Positions 55,431 to 64,000 of a stretch of 64,000 nucleotides of DNA are shown here, one piece after another. The translations under genes and the position numbers were made by a program. The stretch's first letter is position 1; the number at the start of each line of letters is the position of its first letter. The stretch is from Octopus vulgaris. Taxonomy: Eukaryota. Under the pieces are notes generated by a model. It worked only from the letters and a program-made list of their open reading frames with translations. It ran no database searches and was not told the DNA's origin. The stretch is taken from assembly GCA_951406725.2 (NCBI GenBank), contig OX597831.1:20832001-20896000 (forward strand). Direction: 5' to 3'.

Positions 55431-56019
55431 AACTCCATTTATTTATTCATATATATGTGAGTGTGTGTGTGTGCGTGCAGAGTAGAAAGAGAGAGAGAGA
55501 GAAAGAGAGAGATCATAATTGTGGGCAGAGCACGCAAATGTATGTGTGTGTGTGTGTGTGTGGTGTGTGTGTACATATGTCTGCAAGCATGTTTGTATGG
55601 TATGCCTGAATATGAGTATACAATGTTTTAATTACTTGCGCAATCTCTGAATATTTAAAATCCAGCTGCTTAAGCGTAATGTTGAGGTAGTTAAATTAAT
55701 AACTAAAGAAAAGTTACAGTATTTCCTGGTATAGATCTATATCCATAATCTAAAACGGGCGTATGCAGATCCTTCACTAATTCTTTATATATTTTCTATT
55801 TATTATGTTCTGTTTAACATTAGCCGTTTATACATATCACAGTTAAAGTAAATATACACTTGGAAGCCTTCTAAGCTGTATATTCGTTAGGAGATAGCAT
55901 CTTTTATATTTGTATATTCTCTTGTCTTTCAGTCACATTCTCTTTATCTCTTTCTTTCTCTATCCCTCAATTTCTTGCCTACTTGTATAAGTATGCATAT
56001 ATTTGCTTGTGTATGTATG

Positions 56020-56070
<51 letters not shown>

Positions 56071-56371
56071 CAGAGAGAGAGAAATAAAATAAGAGGCTTC
56101 CAAATAGGAAAGCCTTGTGCTAGAAAGAGCAGTAGAAAACTCAAAACCACCAAATAAGGATAAATTTTCGAAAGGAATGAAAATTAAAAACGTTTACCAT
56201 CTCAATTATTTCCCAGACCATGGTTTCTAACTATTTCCTATAAATCGGCTTGCCTAACTTCTCATTACATTTACTCATCTACCCGCTCAAGTGGATATCT
56301 CTTCAACACATCGAAGTGTACTCTATATAGAGAAAAAAAAACCTATTTACATACATAAACATACATATACA

Positions 56372-56417
<46 letters not shown>

Positions 56418-56462
56418 CATATATATATATATATGCATTTATATATATATATATGTATATAC

Positions 56463-56631
<169 letters not shown>

Positions 56632-57719
56632 GTGCACAATAAGAGAAAGAGCGATAGTGTAGATAAAGAGATGCCTCAAACAAGCATAGGTACATCCATA
56701 TACATTCATAGAAATAGAGTCAATATAGGCTGACAGACTGACCGACCGACAGACCGACAGAGAAACAAGCACGTGGACATACATACATTAATACAGGCAG
56801 ACAGACAGACTGACAGGCAACCAGACAATCGTACTGTCAGATAATTCTTAATCTGGAAATAATAACAAATACTTGATGCATGAAATTGTTAAGAATGTCA
56901 TTAAGAGACTTGGATGTGACAACTAATAGAAACTGTGAAATTAACATTGAAGATACGACATACAGTGTATGTCGCTGTTTGAATAAGCTATCATGATATA
57001 GTATCTAATTGGAACTGTAATGTTGTGGCGTAACCACTGTACAGTGGTATTCGTATAAGGGATAAGAGTGAACATCGAAATACAATAAGCTATTGTAAAA
57101 TATTCATTTATAATGTGAAAAAGTACTGCGGAACATCTTGGATAAGAATCTGCTATAGCATTAAGACGACTAAAATTTGTAGACGGGAAGTGTGTGTAAG
57201 CTCGATAGACCCGATAGATGGATGTGAAACCAGTGAGGTGACGATGGCAGCCTTCTCATACAGAGTGTCACGTTGGTTCAGTATAAAGTTAACAGTACAG
57301 GTGATATGTTGGGTACTCGGAGACACGCACTGTTAAGCCATGACTAGGTAGCTACACACACATATACACACTCCCTCTCTTTATCATATATATATATATA
57401 TATATATATAACAAACTTATTTTGTTCCACGCAGGTGGAAATATAGGGAAAATACAGGTTGAGAATAGTTAAAACATATTTAATCAAATAGTACTCAAGG
57501 TAATAGATTTCTTAAGATTAGACTCCATCAAGGTAGAATAGTAGATCATTTATTGAATCTTCGAAACAGCTGTAAAGATAAAAACTTGGTGTCATCATGT
57601 AAACTGTACATAGATTGTTTCATATAAATACAGAAACACATTCTCCTACCAGTGGTTGTTTGTCTGGCATCCTTCTACTATACATACATAAAAAATTACA
57701 TACATACATAAATACATAC

Positions 57720-57781
<62 letters not shown>

Positions 57782-58229
57782 GTGTGTGTGTATGTATATG
57801 TATGTACATGCAAAATATGAGTAAATATATATGTAAGCCAATCAGTGTGCTTACAGTAATGTGTGGTGTACACCAGTGTGTGTACACAGTAATATTTACT
57901 CAAAACAGCAGTCGATATATGCTGTAGTAGAATAGTACACTTTCGTTGATAATTTGATTATCACAGTGTAATGATATGGTTATGTTAATGGTGTCAGTAA
58001 AATTTGGTTATTTTGTTGTTTTGGTGTTGCCAGTGTGAAAGTAGCAGGTTTATTTCATAGGTGTCTGTCTACTTCAGGTCTCTTACTTTTCCGAGTCGCA
58101 TAAAATGATAACAGTTTCTGTTATATGCACAGGCACACACACACACATTTCTGTGGATTATTTCGAAGTTAAACAGAGCTGACACTATGGCTTAGAAAAT
58201 AATGAAGTGTTTTTAGAAGTGATGTGAAT

Positions 58230-58421
58230 TATGTATGTATGTATGTATGTATGTATGTATGTATGTATGTATGTATGTATGTATGTATGTATGTATGTAT
58301 GTATGTATGTGTGTGTATGTATGTGTGTATTTATGTAAGTATGTATGTATGTATGTATGTATGTACGTACGTACGTATGTATGTATGTATGTATGTATGT
58401 ATGTATGTATGTATGTATGTA

Positions 58422-58454
<33 letters not shown>

Positions 58455-58482
58455 ATGTATGTATGTATGTATGTATGTATGT

Positions 58483-58522
<40 letters not shown>

Positions 58523-59040
58523 ATGTATGTATGTATGTATGTACGTACGTATGTATGTATGTATGTATGTATGTATGTATGTATGTATGTATGTATGTAT
58601 GTATGTATATGTGAAGGCGCGTGGCTTAGTGGTTAGGGGCATTCGGCTCATGTACGTAAGCTCGTGAGTTCGATTCTCGGCGGCGCGTTGTGTTCTTGAG
58701 TAAGACACTTTATTTCACATTACTCCAGTCCACTCAACTGGCAAAAATGAGTAGTACCTGTATTTCAAAGGGTCGGCCTTGTCACACTCTGTGTCACGCT
58801 GAATCACCCCGAGAACTACGTTAAGGGTACACGTGTTTGTGGAGTGCTCGGCCGCTTGCACGTTAATTTCACGAGCAAGCTCTTCCGTTGATTGTCTCAG
58901 CTGGAACCCTCCTCGTCGAAACCGATGGAGTATGTATGTATGCATGTATGTATGTATGTATGTATGTATGTATGTATGTATGTATGTATGTATGTATGTA
59001 TGTATGTATGTATGTATGCATGTATGTATGTATGTATGTA

Positions 59041-59073
<33 letters not shown>

Positions 59074-59230
59074 ATGTATGTATGTATGTATGTATGTATG
59101 TATGTATGTATGTATGTATGTATGTATGTATGTATGTATGTATGTATGTATGTATGTATGTATGTATGTATGTATGTATGTATGTATGTATGTATGTATG
59201 TATGTATGTATGTATGTATGTATGTATGTA
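58230..59230. repeat. (TATG)n arrays flanking a SINE
   Basis: Arrays at 58230-58610 and 58931-59230. Confidence 0.95.
58613..58930 (+). mobile_element. SINE with a family D-like head/CORE and a family B body/tail
   Basis: tgtgttcttgagtaagacactttatttcacattactccagtccactca (D-like), then acctgtatttcaaagggtcggccttgtcac...ccgagaactacgttaagggtacacg (family B). Confidence 0.8.
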
Positions 59231-59649
59231 GTTATATATATGTATGTATGTGCGTGTTTTTGCTTACGGAAATCGGTTTTTGCAACGCAAACTAATACGT
59301 GAAAGCCAAATCTAAATTGTAAAAACAGTTCGTCTAAAATTCAGGTTTCGAAAACGCTCAGGTGTAAATCGGCGAAGGTGCGTGGCCTCGAGTTTAGAAT
59401 ATGTTCACTAAACGAGCGTAAGACTTTCACTTGGATACGCCACGCGGGCGGTACGTTGCGTACTTGAGGAGAACACTTCCTTTCATGGTTGCTGGAATCT
59501 GCTCAAATTTAAATAAACAACCTTCCGAAAGAACTGGCGTCCCGTGCAGTGTGGATTTCGTGATCTCGATCACATAAACGCCATGGAAAGCGGGTAATTC
59601 GCGCTATGAATTCTAGGGACTCGAGACAGTAATTAATATCTCAAGTAAG

Positions 59650-60100
59650 GTGTAGATGTAGCCAAGTGGTCGATCTGCGTGGTCACCATGTGCTACCATG
59701 CCGCTTCAGCGTCGGGCAATTCCGAATGACACTGAAATATATGTTGTCTAATGAGGCTATTTCTAGCATCTCCGTGCACGTAACAGATTATGGAGCCAAC
59801 CAGAATGGAGCGCAGCAATGGTTAATCACAGAAGATGATAACCTGATCTCCGTACACGTCAGCTGCTCATCGTTCTAGTGCACCTATGGGGACAATACTT
59901 TCATCAGCTGCAGTATTTCCATCACTGCGATTCAAAAGGACCATAAAGTAAGCATTATATGTATCAATACTTGACATTATAGACGCAAAACATACAAATC
60001 ATCTCTGAACTAGTGGCGATGGAAAAGTATTAGTATTGCAGGTAGACACGATAATGAAGTTTATCAATACTGTGGAGCTAAGGATAAGTTGAAGAGACGA
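59650..60100 (+). mobile_element. Degenerate CRE-like non-LTR fragment (zinc knuckle/RLE region)
   Basis: CSQVVDLRGHHVLPCRFSVGQ and MEPTRMERSNG resemble C...VD..G.H.L.CR.S.GR and EP.GL.R.DGKRPD. Confidence 0.5.
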
Positions 60101-60170
60101 GAAAAGCGGCCTCTATTTTAGTGCTTTTTCTAAAAAAAAAAAATGTCAACCGCTCTATCTACGTGGGGTT

Positions 60171-60390
60171 TACGAGGGGTTACTGAAAAGTTCCTCGCTA
60201 TAAGGGTATCACGGAAGGCCTCGCTGGAGGCCCAACATTCCGAGTTCTTTTACAGGATTTAGAAAAACTGGCGGATCGCTGAAATAAGTGTGTAAACCTG
60301 AAAGAGGAATATGTTGAGTAAAATCATAATTAACAGATCTGCCTATGTTTTCTTTTCTCAAAGCCAGGAACTTTTCAGCATACCCTCGTA
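60171..60390 (+). mobile_element. 220-bp mariner-derived MITE with TA TSD
   Basis: TA-cgaggggttactgaaaagttcct ... aggaacttttcagcataccctcg-TA; internal NKCVNL..EYVE* transposase C-terminus. Confidence 0.88.
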
Positions 60391-60429
60391 AGTATTAAAA
60401 AAGTGTAAAGTTCGAATTTCTTTGTTAAA

Positions 60430-60860
60430 CAAGATTGGTCCCTAATTCAGGAACAAACTCAGCAATTTTGAAGGGATGGAGTTATTTGATATTTGATACT
60501 ATCAATCGCAGTACTCGACTGGTATTTTTTATGGACCCTGAGGAATAGAAAGTTAAGTTGTATTTAGCATGATTTGAACTCGCAGCATAAGAAGCCAAAA
60601 GCAATACCGAAAAAAATTTACCGACGTGCCAGCTTGCGTCCTGCAATAATATTTCTTTCTATTTTTTTCACAATGCCAGCAATTTTCAGGGAATGCGTAG
60701 GTCAATTACATCAATACCAGTGCTCAACAGGTACCTAATTTACCGAACCTCAAAAGGATGAAAGGCAATGTCACTCTCTGCTGAATTTGAACTAAGAACA
60801 TAATGAACAAAATATCATTAAGTATTTTCCCCGGCGTTGTAACGATTCTGCCAGATGCTC
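60430..60860 (-). mobile_element. Two old tandem family C SINE copies
   Basis: cagcaatttt...aaaggatgaaaggcaa...gaatttgaact...gattctgccag. Confidence 0.6.
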
Positions 60861-61010
60861 TATTACTGTTTAACAGCGAAACTTCGCTTCGTAGTAAGAA
60901 GAATAACGCGATCGTAGATGATATTCTTTCTTATTGATAAAGAAGTGTGTGAGAGGAATTTAAAAAGTCTCGCTAATATAACACTGAGGTTCGAATGGGT
61001 ATCCCGGTAT

Positions 61011-61395
61011 TGTTGGAAGCACTCCGTCGGTTACGACGATGAGGGTTCCGGTTGATCCGAATCAACGGAACAGCTTGCTCGTGAAATTAACGTGTAAGTG
61101 GCTGAGCACTCCACAGACACGTGTACCCTTAATGTAGTTCTTGGGGATATTCAGCGTGACACAGAGAGTGACAAGGCCGGCCCTTTGAAATACAGGTACA
61201 ACAGAAACAGAAAATAAGAGTGAGAGAAAGTTGTGGTGAAAGAGAACAGCAGGGATCACCACCATCCCTGCCGGAGCCTCGTGGAGCTTTAGGTGTTTTC
61301 GCTCAATAAACACTCATAACGCCCGGTCTGGGAATCGAAACCGCGATCCTACGACCGCGAGTCCGCTGCCCTAACCAGTGGGCCATTGCGCCTCC
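61011..61395 (-). mobile_element. SINE family B, full length with a 12-bp TSD
   Basis: TSD gtatcccggtat at 60999-61010 and 61396-61407. Confidence 0.94.
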
Positions 61396-62431
61396 GTATC
61401 CCGGTATATGCCAGCTTGATTATCACAGCACCATTGCTTGCATTTGAGAGCAGATTGGATTATGCATAGTTTGTGATAATTTTGACTTTTTGTGTGTCTG
61501 TGCAATCTCTATACTCTTGGGTCAAAAGGAGCAAAGGGCCTTCCCGATCCAGAGGCTCAACGAGGCCGATTTCCTGGATTCTGTGGTGTATATATTCCCT
61601 CCCCACTGGACGGGATGTCGGTAAGTCGCAGGGTTACTCATTTAAGTGGAATGGAATAAAATGAAATCGTATGCTCGAGAACACCATGCAGAGCTGGTTC
61701 AGGAATCGAAACCACAATCTTGAGATCATGAGTGCATCACCCTAACCAGTAAACCACTCGTCTTTACATAGTACTGACTACAGAGGAAGAATAACGACAA
61801 AAACTTCTAAACAAATAAATTTAGAAATAAATAACAATATAATTATCGTCAATTCTTAAAACATCGGCCTATTCAATTATCTTTCATTTAATATAAAATC
61901 GACTTTAATTAGACTTGAAAGCAGTTACCGACAATCAACTACAAAAGCGGTTAAAATTTTTTTTTCAGAAGTAAACAATGATTTAGTGAGTGTATAAAAT
62001 AGTAATTGTCTTTGACTTTGTAAAAAACTTGAGTTTTTGAGAGAAAGGATGGATTTTTAACTGATTTAAATCGATCTCATTTCTTGACTGGTACTTCATT
62101 TTGTCGACTGCGGAGCAATAAAGTACAAATGGACATCGGCGGGATTTGACGTTAGTACGAAAAAGAGCTGCCAAATCCACGAACAATCCTTTATACGATA
62201 TGCACACGGCCTGATACTCATTTTATCAATTCGAATGAATGAATGGCAAGCCAGCCTCGGCTGAATTTGAACTCAGAACGTAATGACAGGCGAAATGCCG
62301 CTGAGCATTTTGCCACCTGACATGCTAACGGTTCTGCTAAGCTCGCTGCATAATACCGATGTGATGAGAATGTCCTCTAGATTCATGTCAAATCACTATT
62401 TGTCGAATCCTCAACAATTGGTTCTTTTGTT

Positions 62432-62835
62432 ATACTCTTTACTCTTTACTCTTTTACTTGTTTCAGTCATTTGACTTCGGCCATGCTGGAGCACCGCCTT
62501 TAGTCGAGCAAATCGACCCCGGGACTTATTCTTTGTAAGCCCAGTGCTTATTCTATCGGTCTCTTTTGCCGAACCGCTAAGTGACGGGGACGTAAACACA
62601 CCAGCATCGGTTGTCAAGCAATGCTAGGGGGACAAACACAGACACACACACACATATATATATACATATACACGACAGGCTTCTTTCAGTTTCCGTCTAC
62701 CAAATCCACTCACAAGGCATTGGTCGGCCCGGAGCTATAGCAGAAGACACTTGCCCAAGATGCCACGCAGTGGGACTGAACCCGGAGCCATGTGGTTGGT
62801 AAGCAAGCTACTTACCACACAGCCACTCCTGCGCC
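62432..62835 (-). mobile_element. SINE family A, full length
   Basis: Matches the other family A copies end to end. Confidence 0.92.
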
Positions 62836-63568
62836 TATATGTTCACTTAGACGCAGTATCTGGCTATCATGTACAAGTACAGCTGAGTAGTTAACTGTGC
62901 ACAGTCGTGTCTGTATGATTAGGTGGTTAGGAATTTTATTTCACCTCTACATAATTACGGGTTTGGGCAAATGTATTCTGCATGTAGTCTCCTGTTGACA
63001 CATTTGAATACAATTTGCCTGACGGGAACTTCGTGGTACCACGTCGGATGGAGCTGTACCTCTTCTTGAGTGATAGTCTTTATACGCCACCCAATTTGGC
63101 AACAACACTAGGCCTTCAGGTAGTTTTAGCGAGATCTATTCTGTTGCAATCATTTATAAAGTGGGTCTCGTCTTTTTTTTTCCGCCAATCACAGAAGCCC
63201 CAAAACATTTTACCTGTGATGCCAATTATCCTCTCACTAAGTCATAACACCTCAACAGTAAGCATGAGCAAGTTTATGATTGATTTGAATCGAGTCTCGT
63301 CTTGTATTGTTTACAGAAGCAAATGCAGTTAATTACTTAATGACCAATATTTAAAGACGACGTACTGACAGAGATCGATGATATACGCAACAAACTCAAT
63401 GAAGGGATTCAGATCGATATGCTTGGCTGAAACACTTGAAATTAATGCCTCGGCATGGTCTGAGTCCATTGACAGAAGCATTGGTTATGCCTGGGGGTGC
63501 AGACAGCATGATGATGTGCCTGAAATGCTTTGTATTATAGGCTATATTCTAACAGAACTAGTATGGAG

Positions 63569-63717
63569 CTTCTTCTTCTTCTTCTTCTTCTTCTTCTTCT
63601 TCTTCTTCTTCTTCTTCTTCTTCTTCTTCTTCTTCTTCTTCTTCTTTCTTCTTCTTCTTCTTCTTCTTCTTCTTCTTCTTCTTCCTCCTCCTCCTTCTCC
63701 TCCTCCTTCTTCTTCTT
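63569..63717. repeat. (TCT)n microsatellite
   Basis: Directly visible. Confidence 0.95.
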
Positions 63718-63829
63718 CAGCTCCTACTTAACATCCTTATGAAATTTTCAAGTTAAAAGTTCACTCCTGTAATGATTCAGCGACAGAACAACATTGACCG
63801 ACAGGAACGAACTGACCATATTTACACAT

Positions 63830-63891
<62 letters not shown>

Positions 63892-64000
63892 GTATATATA
63901 CACACTCACAAGTACTCAAATATTTTCGTTCCGTCCCCGTTATATTAGGACTTCAAATATCATCGTTGATAGGCCTGCACCTTTCATCCCTGGAAAATCG

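Noticed and set aside
63015-63560. ORFs in unique-looking sequence
   Set aside because: No recognisable motif or consistent frame; cannot be supported without a search.

Overview
AT-rich, microsatellite-saturated eukaryotic DNA with no host gene exon that I can recognise. The tRNA-derived SINE families and repeat make-up point to an octopus (coleoid cephalopod) intron or intergenic region; this is an inference. Almost all listed ORFs are translations of simple repeats or SINEs. The protein-like segments are decayed transposons: R4/Dong-type, CRE-like, L1/Tx1, CR1-like and RTE LINE fragments, two Penelope-like element (PLE) fragments and four mariner derivatives. At least four SINE families, two minisatellites and one 100-N gap are also present. 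The main unexplained signal is a set of about seven unrelated minimal type-I hammerhead ribozyme motifs (stem I-CUGANGA-stem II-GAAA-short, mostly palindromic stem III-GUH-stem I). Several carry variant cores, and several sit inside long inverted repeats. One lies in a short element with a tRNA-like Pol III head, suggesting non-autonomous PLE-dependent self-cleaving retroelements. All family calls come from motif recognition by eye; no search or folding was run.
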